From: Candidatus Sericytochromatia bacterium
GTDB taxonomy: Bacteria > Cyanobacteriota > Sericytochromatia > S15B-MN24 > UBA4093
Direction of reading: 5' to 3'
Length of the DNA: 32,801 nucleotides
Assembly: GCA_036676495.1 (NCBI GenBank)
Contig: JAKFCT010000070.1
Coordinates: 1-32,801, forward strand
In this document: positions 1 to 8,973 of the stretch, piece after piece
How the letters are laid out: every line of letters begins with the position of its first letter
Position numbering within the stretch: position 1 is the first letter of the stretch
Made by a program: the position numbers and the translations under genes
The notes under the pieces: generated by a model
Told to the model about the DNA's origin: nothing
Seen by the model: the letters and a program-made list of their open reading frames with translations, nothing else
Databases searched by the model: none

Positions 1-363
1 GACCCGGGCGTTGATGACCTTCTCTTCCTCGTAGTCCTTGGCCGCCTGCACCCAGCCGCGAGCCTGATCGACGCGCCGCTTGGACAGGGTCAGCTGACCG
101 TCCTCGTCCTCCTCGCGGAGGATGTAAAGCTCGATCTCATCGCCTTCGGCGACGATGTCCCGCGGGTTGGTCCCGGGGATGTTGGTCAGCTCCTTGATCG
201 GAATCACGCCTTCCGACTTCCCGCCGACGTCCACCAGGATCTCGTCGGGGGCGACCTTAACGACGATACCCTTGACGATATCGCCCTGCTGGAAATCAAC
301 GAACGTGCTTTCGTAGTCGATTTCGGTGATTTCCTCGGTAGCGTGCTGCTCCAGTTCCCTCAT
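1..363 (-). CDS. rpsA: 30S ribosomal protein S1, 5' part (runs off the left edge)
   Basis: My translation from ATG at 363: MRELEQHATEEITEIDYESTFVDFQQGDIVKGIVVKVAPDEILVDVGGKSEGVIPIKEL...EDEDGQLTLSKRR, a typical first S1 domain. AGGGG SD upstream. Missing from the ORF track because it has no stop in the window. Confidence 0.93.
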   Translation of the reverse strand, partial: MRELEQHATEEITEIDYESTFVDFQQGDIVKGIVVKVAPDEILVDVGGKSEGVIPIKELTNIPGTNPRDIVAEGDEIELYILREEDEDGQLTLSKRRVDQARGWVQAAKDYEEEKVINARV

Positions 364-494
364 TCCAGATGTTCCCCTACTTTTCTTTCAAATTTTTTCA
401 CGGACTTCATTGCTCGGCTTCATAGCTCGATTGCTTTGAAGACCCATGCGCCCCATCCTACCATCGCCCCCCGCATGTTGCAAGGCACCGCGAC

Positions 495-1787
495 TCAGCG
501 CAGCCGGGCCAGATCTTCCCAGAAGCCCGGGTAGGAGGTCTCCGTCGAGCGGGTTCCCCCCACCCGAACCGGCCGTGGAGCCAGCAACGAGGCGATCGCA
601 AGCGTCATCGCCATCCGGTGATCGTCCTGGCTCTCCACCTCGGCCGAACGCCAGCGCGTCCCCCCCTCGATCTCCAGCCCATCCGGCCGCTCGCGCACCT
701 GCAAACCCAGCTTGCCGAGCTCGCGGGCGATCGCCGACAGCCGATCCGACTCCTTCACCCGCAGCTCCTGCGCGTCCCGGATCACCGTCGTCCCCGACGC
801 GCACGCCGCCGCCAAGCTCAAGATCGGGATCTCGTCCACCAGGCGCGGAATCTCGTCGCCTTCGATCGTCGTCCCCACCAGCTCGGCATGCCGCACTCGC
901 AGGTCCGCCACCGGCTCGCCCAGCGCCAGGCGCGGGTTTTCTTCGGTGACGTCGGCCCCCATCCGCCGCAAGGCGTCCAGGACGCCGGTCCGCGTCGGGT
1001 TCATGCCCACGCCCTCCAGCACGATCTCCGAACCCGGCACGATCGAGCCCGCCACCAGCCAGAAAGCCGCGCTCGAGATATCCCCGGGCACCTCCAGCTC
1101 GAACGGCTTGAGCCGCCGCCCGCCCCGGATGGCCACCCTCAGGCCATCGACCGTCAGATCCGCCCCCATGGCCGCCAGCATGCGCTCCGTGTGATCCCGA
1201 CTGCGGGCCGGCTCCGACACGCTCGTCTCCCCGTCGATGAACAAGCCCGCCAGCAACAAGGCCGACTTCACCTGGGCGCTCGCCACCGGAGAGTCGTAGT
1301 GAGCGGGTTTGAGCGTGCCGCCGCGAATCGAAAGCGGCGCCAGATCACCGTTCTTCCGGCCGTCGATGCTGGCCCCCATGGCCCGAAGCGGATTGACCAC
1401 CCGGCCCATGGGACGGCGGCGAATCGACGCATCGCCGGTCATGCAAACGTGCCCCCGCAGCCCTCCCGAAAGCACGCCGAGCATGAGGCGCATCGTCGTG
1501 CCGGAGTTCCCGACGTCCAGGACCTCCCCCGGCTCCTTCAAGCCCTCCAAGCCCGCCCCATGGATGGTCCAGGCGTTCCCCCCGCCCTCGAAGCGGATAC
1601 CCAGGTGCTCGTAGCAACGCAGCGTGCCGAGGCAATCCTCGCCGGCGAGGAAGTTGCGGACATGGGAGGTCCCGTCCGCGAGAGCGCCGAGCATGATGGC
1701 CCGATGCGAGAGGGACTTGTCGCCCGGGATGCGAAGGCGGCCCCGCAAGGGGCCGCCGGGCTCGACGAGGCGGGTGTCCGGAATCAA
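495..1787 (-). CDS. aroA: 3-phosphoshikimate 1-carboxyvinyltransferase (EPSP synthase)
   Basis: Motifs PGDKSLSHR, GNSGTTMRL, SAQVKSA, RDHTERML, LRVKESDR, DDHRMAM. Start moved from 1808 to TTG at 1787, which has a GGAG SD and a TTGA overlap with the tyrA stop. Confidence 0.97.
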   Translation of the reverse strand: MIPDTRLVEPGGPLRGRLRIPGDKSLSHRAIMLGALADGTSHVRNFLAGEDCLGTLRCYEHLGIRFEGGGNAWTIHGAGLEGLKEPGEVLDVGNSGTTMRLMLGVLSGGLRGHVCMTGDASIRRRPMGRVVNPLRAMGASIDGRKNGDLAPLSIRGGTLKPAHYDSPVASAQVKSALLLAGLFIDGETSVSEPARSRDHTERMLAAMGADLTVDGLRVAIRGGRRLKPFELEVPGDISSAAFWLVAGSIVPGSEIVLEGVGMNPTRTGVLDALRRMGADVTEENPRLALGEPVADLRVRHAELVGTTIEGDEIPRLVDEIPILSLAAACASGTTVIRDAQELRVKESDRLSAIARELGKLGLQVRERPDGLEIEGGTRWRSAEVESQDDHRMAMTLAIASLLAPRPVRVGGTRSTETSYPGFWEDLARLR

Positions 1788-2623
1788 AGCTTGAGCTCCT
1801 GGCGCCACTTCCCGACCCCTTCGAACATCATCTCGATGGCCGCGGAGGTCTCGGCCTGGACCATGATCTCGATCTGGGTGAGCTGGTAGCGCATGGCGGC
1901 GATCGCATGCAGGATCGCGTCCTTGTTCTGGCTGCAGATGTCGCGGCCGAGCACCGGGTTGGTCATGGCGAGCCGGGTGGTGTCGCGGAACCCGCTCGAA
2001 GCCAGCTTGGGCAGCTCCGGCACTTCCCGGATGGCCCCCTGGGCGATCCGCGCGGTGGCGGCGGCCATGAGCAGCGGCATGTGGCTGGTGAAGGCCACCG
2101 CCATGTCATGGGTGTCGGGAGCCATTTCCAGCCATTCCATGCCGAGCGGAGCGAGGATCTCCTTGACCTTGAGGCCGGCCTGGCGCTCGGCGTCGTTGGT
2201 CGGCGTGAGGATGAAGGACTTGCCCTGGAAGAGCTCGGGGTCGGAAGCCTCGAGGCCGGCCATCTCCTTGCCCGCCATGGGGTGCCCGCCCACGAAGGAG
2301 CCTTCGGGGAAGTAGCGCTGCCCGAGGGTGACGGCGGTTTGCTTGACGGAACCCACGTCCACGACGATGGCCCCGTCCTTGAGGTGGGCGGCAACCTGCT
2401 TGAAGACGGTCTCGAAGGTACCGAGCGGAGTGGCGATCACGACCAGGTCGGCGGAGGCCACGGCGGACTTGAGGTCCTTGGTGGCGTCGATGCCGAACTC
2501 GGGAGCGCGCTTGAGGGTGGCGGGATGGATCTCGACGGCCTTGACCGTGGCGTGGGGGGCCAGGGCCCGGGCCATCGATCCTCCGATGAGCCCGAGCCCG
2601 ATAATGGCGACGTGGGTGGACAT
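1784..2623 (-). CDS. tyrA: Prephenate/arogenate dehydrogenase (no ACT domain)
   Basis: IIGLGLIGGS Rossmann motif, DVGSVK, GGHPMAGKE, SHMP, GFRDTTRLA; lies between aroF and aroA. Confidence 0.93.
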   Translation of the reverse strand: MSTHVAIIGLGLIGGSMARALAPHATVKAVEIHPATLKRAPEFGIDATKDLKSAVASADLVVIATPLGTFETVFKQVAAHLKDGAIVVDVGSVKQTAVTLGQRYFPEGSFVGGHPMAGKEMAGLEASDPELFQGKSFILTPTNDAERQAGLKVKEILAPLGMEWLEMAPDTHDMAVAFTSHMPLLMAAATARIAQGAIREVPELPKLASSGFRDTTRLAMTNPVLGRDICSQNKDAILHAIAAMRYQLTQIEIMVQAETSAAIEMMFEGVGKWRQELKL

Positions 2624-2630
2624 GAGCCTC

Positions 2631-3677
2631 CTAGAACCCTGCGGGTTGCGACAGGGGATTGAACTGGTGCAATACGGCCTTCATGGCGCGAAGCTCCGCC
2701 ATGAGCGTGGCGAAGGTGTCCGGCAAGAGCGCCTGCGGGCCGTCCGAGAGGGCCTCCTCCGGACGGGGATGGACCTCGATCATCAGGCCGTCGGCCCCGG
2801 CGACTATCGCCGCCTTGGCCATCGGTCCTACAAGATACCACTTGCCGGTGCCATGGGAGGGGTCGCCGATCACCGGAAGGTGGGAGAGGCGCTTGGCGAC
2901 AGGGATGGCGGAGATATCCATGGTGTTGCGGGTGTACTGGGTCTCGACGGTTCGGATGCCCCGTTCGCAGAGAATGACCTGGGTGTTGCCCTCGTTGAGG
3001 ATGTATTCGGCGGCCATGAGCCATTCTTCGAGGGTGGCGGCGGGGCCGCGCTTGAGCATGACGGGCTTGGACATGCGGCCGACCTTCTTGAGCAGGGAGA
3101 AGTTCTGCATGTTGCGGGCGCCGAGCTGAAGGATGTCCGCGTAGTAGGCGCAAAGCTCCACGTCTTCCGAGTCCATGACCTCGGTGATGATGGGCATCTT
3201 GAAGGCCTCGCGGGCCTCTGCCAAGAGCTTCAGGCCCGCTTCTCCCAGTCCCTGAAAGGTGTAAGGGCTGGTGCGGGGCTTGAAGGCGCCTCCCCGCAAG
3301 ACGGTCGCTCCGGCGTCCTTGACGGCCTGGGCCGTCTCGAAGAGCTGATCGCGGGATTCGACCGAGCAAGGACCGGCCATGACGACGAGCTGGTCGGAGC
3401 CTCCGATGGTGACACCGTAGCCGACGTCGATGATGGTGTCGCGGGGCTTGACCTCGCGGGAGACGAGCTTGAAGGGGCGGCGGATGGGAACGACCTCGGC
3501 GACCCCGTCGAGGGCGGTGAGGGACTGCGGGGAGACGGCGCGCTTGTCTCCGATGGCGCCGATGATCGTGCGCTCGACGCCCTGCGAGAGGTGGGTCTTG
3601 AAGCCGAGGGACGTGAGTTTGTCCACGACGTGGCTGACTTGCTGAGCCGTGGCATCCGATTTCATGACGATGATCAT
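2631..3677 (-). CDS. aroF: DAHP synthase, type I-beta with N-terminal regulatory domain
   Basis: MIIVMK N-terminus, [45 protein letters not shown]. Confidence 0.96.
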   Translation of the reverse strand: MIIVMKSDATAQQVSHVVDKLTSLGFKTHLSQGVERTIIGAIGDKRAVSPQSLTALDGVAEVVPIRRPFKLVSREVKPRDTIIDVGYGVTIGGSDQLVVMAGPCSVESRDQLFETAQAVKDAGATVLRGGAFKPRTSPYTFQGLGEAGLKLLAEAREAFKMPIITEVMDSEDVELCAYYADILQLGARNMQNFSLLKKVGRMSKPVMLKRGPAATLEEWLMAAEYILNEGNTQVILCERGIRTVETQYTRNTMDISAIPVAKRLSHLPVIGDPSHGTGKWYLVGPMAKAAIVAGADGLMIEVHPRPEEALSDGPQALLPDTFATLMAELRAMKAVLHQFNPLSQPAGF

Positions 3678-3807
3678 CTGCGTCGGCGCCGGCGGGCGCC
3701 TCCCCCTTTCGTGCTAGCATGAGGGTTGCGGCCGGTCGGACCGCGCCCCGTCATGGTCATGCCCCCGAGCGGGAGCCCCCAAACCCTTGCCAAAGGATGA
3801 TCCGGAG

Positions 3808-4323
3808 ATGAACATGAACCGGCCTTCGACCCGGCGCTGGCCTCGCCCATGGAAGCGGCCTTGGAGGCGTCCTGGGAGCTTGCCCTTCGCCATCCGCCTG
3901 GCGCTGCTGGTCGGATGGATGGGGCTGATCTTCCTGTTCTCGGCCGACAGCGACTCGGGCGAAACCTCCGGGGGCCTCCTGGAGATGCTCGTCACCCTCC
4001 TCTCGGCCCTCGTGGGACCGATCGATCCAGAGGCGCGCGACGGGCTGCACCTGCTGCTTCGCAAGGCGGCCCACTTCACCGAATACGCGATCCTGGCCCT
4101 GCTTTGGACCGGAGTACTCCCCCGCGGGCCCCGGAGGCTCCTCTGGGCGCTCGCCCTCACCACCGGCTACGCCGTCACCGACGAGCTTCACCAGGCCTTC
4201 GTCCCCAACCGCGGCCCCAGCCCGATCGACGTCCTCATCGACGCCTCGGGGGCCGCCGCCGCCTTGACCCTCTTTTGGCTTCTCAAAGAACGCCACCTTG
4301 ATCGTGTAACAAAAATTCATTAA
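3808..4323 (+). CDS. VanZ-family membrane protein
   Basis: WMGLIFLFS, RKAAHFTEYAILALL, DELHQAFVPNR, DVLID. Start uncertain (3787, 3808 or 3814). Confidence 0.88.
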   Translation: MNMNRPSTRRWPRPWKRPWRRPGSLPFAIRLALLVGWMGLIFLFSADSDSGETSGGLLEMLVTLLSALVGPIDPEARDGLHLLLRKAAHFTEYAILALLWTGVLPRGPRRLLWALALTTGYAVTDELHQAFVPNRGPSPIDVLIDASGAAAALTLFWLLKERHLDRVTKIH

Positions 4324-4326
4324 ACT
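4298..4326 (+). promoter_or_regulatory. Sigma70-type promoter for comF
   Basis: TTGATC-N17-TAAACT in an AT-rich patch at the end of vanZ; GGAGG SD ahead of ATG 4354. Confidence 0.6.
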
Positions 4327-4353
4327 GACAAGTGGTTTTGACACGGAGGTGCC

Positions 4354-5058
4354 ATGCGCGCACGCCTCCGCGGGCTCTGGGCCCGCTTGCTCGCCTGCTG
4401 CTTCCAGTCCCGCTGCGTCGGCTGCCGGACCTGGGGCCCCAGCCCGGTCTGCGCGCCCTGCGCCGCAACCCTCCCCCGCTTCCCCGAGGACGCCTGCCCC
4501 CGCTGCCGGGGCTCGCTCACCCCATGCCCCCTCTGCCTCTCCCCGCCCCCCCTCGACCAGGTCTACGCCGTCGCCCCCTACGAAGGCCTCATCCGACGCG
4601 CCATCCACGGCGTGAAGTTCGACGGCCGTCCCGAGCTCGCCCGCTGGCTCGGCGCCCGCATGGCCGAGACCCTGACCTCCCTCGACCCCGACTGGGTCCT
4701 GGTCCCCGTGCCCTTGAGCCGCGAGCGCCTACGCCAGCGCGGCTACAACCAAGCAGAATGGCTGGCCCTAGGGATTCCAGGACACCGAAAGGCCCCAGAC
4801 TGGCTGATTCGAACCCGCCACACCCCCTCTCAAGTCGGTCACGGCAGCAAGCAGCGCTGGGTCGGCTTGCGAGAGGCGTTTCAAGCGGCTCGGGCGGTCG
4901 ACGGCCAGCGCATTCTGCTCGTCGATGACGTGCTCACCAGCGGCGCCACGCTCACATGGGCCGCCCATGCGCTGCGCGAGGCCGGGGCCCGCGAAGTGCG
5001 CGCCGTCGTGGCCGCCCGCGCCCAGCTCATGCAAAAAGTGCCCCCCTCCGGGCGATGA
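4354..5058 (+). CDS. comF: ComF-family protein (double Zn ribbon + phosphoribosyltransferase domain)
   Basis: CVGC/CAPC/CPRC/CPLC; VPVPLSRERLRQRGYNQA; LLVDDVLTSGATL. Confidence 0.92.
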   Translation: MRARLRGLWARLLACCFQSRCVGCRTWGPSPVCAPCAATLPRFPEDACPRCRGSLTPCPLCLSPPPLDQVYAVAPYEGLIRRAIHGVKFDGRPELARWLGARMAETLTSLDPDWVLVPVPLSRERLRQRGYNQAEWLALGIPGHRKAPDWLIRTRHTPSQVGHGSKQRWVGLREAFQAARAVDGQRILLVDDVLTSGATLTWAAHALREAGAREVRAVVAARAQLMQKVPPSGR

Positions 5059-5075
5059 CCCGGAGGGGGGCACTT
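5036..5075. terminator. Intrinsic terminator between convergent genes
   Basis: Perfect 17-bp stem AAGTGCCCCCCTCCGGG / CCCGGAGGGGGGCACTT. The loop CGATGA contains the comF stop. U-tract on the minus strand. Confidence 0.75.
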
Positions 5076-5095
5076 AAGAAGGCGCTCCGCGCGTC

Positions 5096-5989
5096 TTACT
5101 GCTCGCTGGGCTCGGCGTCTTCCACGCTCACGGTCGCCTGGCCGGTGACCTGCCCGCTGGCACCGTCCTTGATCGCGACGTCGGCATCGACCGCCGCCTC
5201 GTCCTGGGTCACGACCGCCTCGACCTTGGCCGCGCCATCGATCGTCCGGGTCACGACCACGCCGTCCGCCGACTTCTCGAAGGTGATCTGAACCGTCGTC
5301 CCGTCGAAACGGGTGATGGTGCCGGTGCCGGTCTGGCTACCGTCGGCAGCCTCGATCCGGGTCCAGGCCACAGTCTTGACCTTCTCATCCTTGCGGGTGA
5401 AGGTCGCCTTGTACAAGAGGGTCCAGGCGCCTTCCGCATCGAGCTTGCGAGAGCGATCGACCACCAGGCTCATGCCGTTCTTATGCTGCTGCTCCAGGTG
5501 GAAGCTCGCCTCGACCAGCTCCGTCCGGGTGTTGTCCGCGTAGACCTTCACGATCGTCTGCTTCTTCGCACCGTTCTTGTGGGCGAACTCCATCGTCTTG
5601 GTGACGATCGTGCCATCCTCGCTGATGGTCACCTTGGCGTCGGCCTTCATGGTGCCTTGCTTGTGCTCCAGGCGCTGCTTGGAGCGATCCTTGAACCGTT
5701 CCATCCGCTCCTTGAGCTTGGTGGAGGCCGAGACGCGGGCCGAAGCCTCGACGCTCAGGGCCAGGGTGTTCATTCCCGACTCCGAAAGCGCGTCCGCATC
5801 GGACATGTCCTGGTTCAACTGGCTGGCGACGAGGGTATCGCTGAGCATCGACTTGACGGCGGCCTGTTGCTGAGGATTGAGGTTGGCGGTCAAGCTGGAG
5901 AAGGCCCCCGTGGGCAGGCCGGCGCAGGCCGAGAGCGACGCTCCGAGCGAGAGCGCCAAGACTGTCGAGAACAAAGACTTCTTGGACAT
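5096..5989 (-). CDS. Hypothetical lipoprotein, beta-strand-rich C-terminal region
   Basis: MSKK + hydrophobic stretch + lipobox LSAC; AAAGGA SD; GC-rich third codon positions; no family recognised. Confidence 0.8.
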   Translation of the reverse strand: MSKKSLFSTVLALSLGASLSACAGLPTGAFSSLTANLNPQQQAAVKSMLSDTLVASQLNQDMSDADALSESGMNTLALSVEASARVSASTKLKERMERFKDRSKQRLEHKQGTMKADAKVTISEDGTIVTKTMEFAHKNGAKKQTIVKVYADNTRTELVEASFHLEQQHKNGMSLVVDRSRKLDAEGAWTLLYKATFTRKDEKVKTVAWTRIEAADGSQTGTGTITRFDGTTVQITFEKSADGVVVTRTIDGAAKVEAVVTQDEAAVDADVAIKDGASGQVTGQATVSVEDAEPSEQ

Positions 5990-6048
5990 GGGGGGTATCC
6001 TTTCTGGCGAAACGCGGTGAACCTTGATGGCTTAAAAGCATAAACAAA

Positions 6049-6110
6049 GGCGGCCGAACGGTAATCCGCCGTTCGGCCGCCCAGGCGATCCGCTATTTGG
6101 CGGATCGCCT
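6049..6110 (-). terminator. Tandem hairpins ending the transporter transcript
   Basis: 13-bp stem 6049-6061/6069-6081 followed by TTTGTTTATGCTTTT on the minus strand; second 11-bp stem 6083-6093/6100-6110. Confidence 0.75.
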
Positions 6111-6144
6111 CCTGCTGATGCGTCATCGTCAGGCGGGGATGGTT

Positions 6145-7389
6145 TTAGGTCGGCAGCGGGGCCGGCTGCGCATCGGAGGCCGCCTGATCGTCGAATTGCC
6201 CCTCCACGCGCGAGACCACGGCCGCCGCGAGCGAGTTGCCGATGACGTTGACCACCGTGCGGCCCATGTCCATGAAGCGATCCACGCCCGCGATGAGGGC
6301 CAGGCCTTCGACCGGAAGACCGGTCGACGACAGCGTGGCCGCCAGAACCACGAACGAGACTCCCGGCACCCCGGCGATACCCTTGCTGGTCAGCATGAGG
6401 ACCAGGATGATGGAGATCTGCTGCATGAAGCTCAGGTCGATCCCGTAGACCTGGGCGATGAAGACCACCGCGAGGCCCTGGTAAAGCGACGAGCCGTCCA
6501 GGTTGAAGGTGTAGCCGGTGGGGACCACGAACGAGACGATCGACTTCGGGCAGCCGAACTTCTCGAGCTTGGCCATGATCCGCGGCAGGACCGTCTCCGA
6601 AGAAGCCGTCGAGAAGGCCAGGAGCAGCTCCTCGCCGATGAGCCGGATCAGCTTGAAGAAGGGGATCTTCGCCAGGAAGGCAATGCCTCCGAGCACGACC
6701 AGGACGAAGACGGCCATGGTCACGTAGAGGACGAGCACCAGCTTGCCCAGAGGCAGGAGGACTCCCAGGCCGTACTTGCCGATGGTGGCGGCGATCAGGC
6801 CGAAGACGCCGATGGGGGCCGCCTTCATGATCAGGTTCGTGAGCTTGAACATGGCCTCGGAAAGCGCGTGCATGAAGTCCACGATGGGCTTTCCTGCCTG
6901 TCCGATCCCGGCCAGGGCCACCCCGAAGAGCACCGAGAAGAAGATGATCTGGAGCAGGTCTCCGTTGGCCGCCCCCTGGAGGATATTGGTGGGGATGATG
7001 TTCAGGACCGTGTCGGTGAAGCTGTGCGCCTGGGAGGTGTACTGCGAAACGTCGGATTTGGCCATCGTTTCGAGGTTCATGCCGGAGCCCACCTTGAAGA
7101 GGTTGGCGGAGGTCAGGCCCATGATGATGGCCACCGTCGTGACCAGCTCGAAATAGAGCAGGGAGATGCCGCCGAGACGTCCGACCTTCTTGAGATCTCC
7201 GACGCCGGCGACCCCCAGGATCACGGTCGCGAAGACGATGGGGACGACGATCATCTTGATCATGCGGATGAAGGCGTCGCCCAGGGGCTTCACCGCCTCA
7301 CCCCAGGCAGGGAAGAAGTGGCCGAAGAGGATGCCCAGGATCAATCCCAGGAGGATCTGAAGGGCGAGGCCGGGTCGTTTGAGGTTCAT
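6145..7389 (-). CDS. gltP: Dicarboxylate/amino acid:cation symporter (GltP/GltT-like)
   Basis: FSTASSETVLP, VVPTGYTFNLDG, SKGIAGVPG, GVDRFMDMGRTVVNVIGN. Start ATG 7389 (GGAG SD) preferred over GTG 7395. Confidence 0.93.
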   Translation of the reverse strand: MNLKRPGLALQILLGLILGILFGHFFPAWGEAVKPLGDAFIRMIKMIVVPIVFATVILGVAGVGDLKKVGRLGGISLLYFELVTTVAIIMGLTSANLFKVGSGMNLETMAKSDVSQYTSQAHSFTDTVLNIIPTNILQGAANGDLLQIIFFSVLFGVALAGIGQAGKPIVDFMHALSEAMFKLTNLIMKAAPIGVFGLIAATIGKYGLGVLLPLGKLVLVLYVTMAVFVLVVLGGIAFLAKIPFFKLIRLIGEELLLAFSTASSETVLPRIMAKLEKFGCPKSIVSFVVPTGYTFNLDGSSLYQGLAVVFIAQVYGIDLSFMQQISIILVLMLTSKGIAGVPGVSFVVLAATLSSTGLPVEGLALIAGVDRFMDMGRTVVNVIGNSLAAAVVSRVEGQFDDQAASDAQPAPLPT

Positions 7390-7407
7390 GCTCACTCCGT
7401 CGTGATG

Positions 7408-7752
7408 CTAATCGGGGACCAGCGAAGGTTTGGCTAGCGGGGCGTCGAGAGGCCAGCGATCGCCCCAGCGGCGCATGGCTTCGAGAATCTCCCAGAGACT
7501 GAGCCCCTTTTCGGTGAGGGCGTACTCCACGCGCGGGGGGACCTCGGGGAAGACCGTCTTGGTGATGATCCCTTCCCCCTCCAGCTCCTTGAGGCGGTCC
7601 GAGAGGGTCTTCGGGCTCACGCCCTCGAGCGAGGTCAAGAGCTCGCCGAAGCGCTTCTTGCCCGTGAAGAGATCCCTCAGGACGAGCAAGGTCCACTTCC
7701 CGCCGATGATCCGCAGGGTCCGCTCGACCGGGCAATCGGAAACGGTTCTCAA
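7408..7752 (-). CDS. HxlR-family winged-helix transcriptional regulator
   Basis: CPVERTLRIIGGKW, RFGEL, SPKTLSDRLKELE, PPRVEYALTEKG. TTG start with AAGGAG SD. Confidence 0.93.
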   Translation of the reverse strand: MRTVSDCPVERTLRIIGGKWTLLVLRDLFTGKKRFGELLTSLEGVSPKTLSDRLKELEGEGIITKTVFPEVPPRVEYALTEKGLSLWEILEAMRRWGDRWPLDAPLAKPSLVPD

Positions 7753-7901
7753 GGACAGTCTCCTTCTCGGTTCAGCCAGAGCGCTCTATTTTACCCGGGA
7801 CACGGGCCCTTATCCCCCTCAGGGGCACGAGGGCAGGGTTTGCGAGGCTCGCTTCTCCGCTTGGCCATAGTAGCGCCTGAGGCGCCTCAAGGGCAAATCT
7901 C

Positions 7902-7910
7902 TGCTATCAT
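7902..7910 (+). promoter_or_regulatory. Extended -10 promoter, probably giving a leaderless mRNA
   Basis: TGcTATCAT lies 7 nt before ATG 7918, with no SD in between. Confidence 0.5.
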
Positions 7911-7917
7911 GGGCCCC

Positions 7918-8835
7918 ATGAGCAAGCCATCACCCGTCGGGAACCCGACCGATCTTCCCTGCCCCCGCTGCAAGCGCCGGATGACGACCATCCCCTATTC
8001 GCCCCGCATGACCCTCGTCTACTGTCCGGACTGCGGCTGGAACCTCCAGGGAACGGCGCGACTGCTGCGCCACCGCAATCTACGCTACTTCGGCGCCACG
8101 TTTCTCCTGATCCCCCTCGCCCTGCCGATTTTCGCGATCTTCCATCGCATGGACCCGATTCTCGGCTACATGCTGGACGCCTTCCTGATCCTGATGCTGT
8201 TCATCCCCGCGATGATCCGCGCCCGCCGCAACCAGAAGGTCGCCCACCAGCTCGATCACCTCCAGCCGCGCCGCCCGCTGCGTCCCGAGACCCAGTGGAC
8301 TCCCGAGCCCGAGCTCTCCGCCGCTCCGCCGCGTCCGGTCCACGGCAGTGGCAACCTTGCCTCCATCGCGCTCATGATGGGGGCCATCCGCCTGATGGCG
8401 GGCGTCGTCATGGCCGCCCTGCTCTTCTCCCTGCCCCCCATCGCGGCCTTCATGGGCGGAGCGACCCAGTTCGTGGCGCTCCTGGTCCTGGTGGCCTTCG
8501 TCCCTCCCTTCCTGGTCTTGCTCGCCTTCATGGTGGTCTACACCCGGCGACAGCGCATGATCGTCTCCCTCGGCACGCCGATCCGCGCCGAGGTCAGCCA
8601 GCAAGAGACCTTCATGAAGCGCCTGCGCGAAGCGGAAACCTGGACCCTCGATACGCGCTACCGCTACGTCTTCGAGGATCCGCAGGGGCGGTCCTACGCA
8701 GGGACCGGGCGCGAGGAAGGCCGGGCGATCGCCGAAGGCGACGCCCTCACGGTCCTCATCATGCCCGACGATCCGTCCAATCACCTTTCCTACCGCGGCT
8801 CGCTCTACAAGGCCGGCGAAGCCCCCGTCGCCTGA
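7918..8835 (+). CDS. Hypothetical membrane protein: N-terminal Zn ribbon, about 4 TM segments, soluble C-terminal domain
   Basis: CPRC...CPDC; two pairs of hydrophobic segments; C-terminal YRYVFEDPQGRSY...GDALTVLIMPDDP resembles DUF3592-type domains (tentative). Confidence 0.72.
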   Translation: MSKPSPVGNPTDLPCPRCKRRMTTIPYSPRMTLVYCPDCGWNLQGTARLLRHRNLRYFGATFLLIPLALPIFAIFHRMDPILGYMLDAFLILMLFIPAMIRARRNQKVAHQLDHLQPRRPLRPETQWTPEPELSAAPPRPVHGSGNLASIALMMGAIRLMAGVVMAALLFSLPPIAAFMGGATQFVALLVLVAFVPPFLVLLAFMVVYTRRQRMIVSLGTPIRAEVSQQETFMKRLREAETWTLDTRYRYVFEDPQGRSYAGTGREEGRAIAEGDALTVLIMPDDPSNHLSYRGSLYKAGEAPVA

Positions 8836-8973
8836 TTTTGCCGGCCGCGCGGACGCTCCGCGTTCATTTCCTGTTCACAAGCTGGAAAGAGGAGCGGCCG
8901 CTCCCATGTGCTAGGATGGATCCGCTCAAGCGAGGGTCAACCCTTCGCTTGCCCCGAAAGGAGGATCCCGCGC

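Noticed and set aside
4305-4321. TGTAAC-N5-TTCATT in the comF promoter as a CRP, NtcA or WalR site
   Set aside because: Only one half-site fits any of these consensus sequences.
3808-4323. vanZ as evidence of glycopeptide resistance
   Set aside because: VanZ-like proteins are widespread, and no vanHAX or vanRS genes are present.
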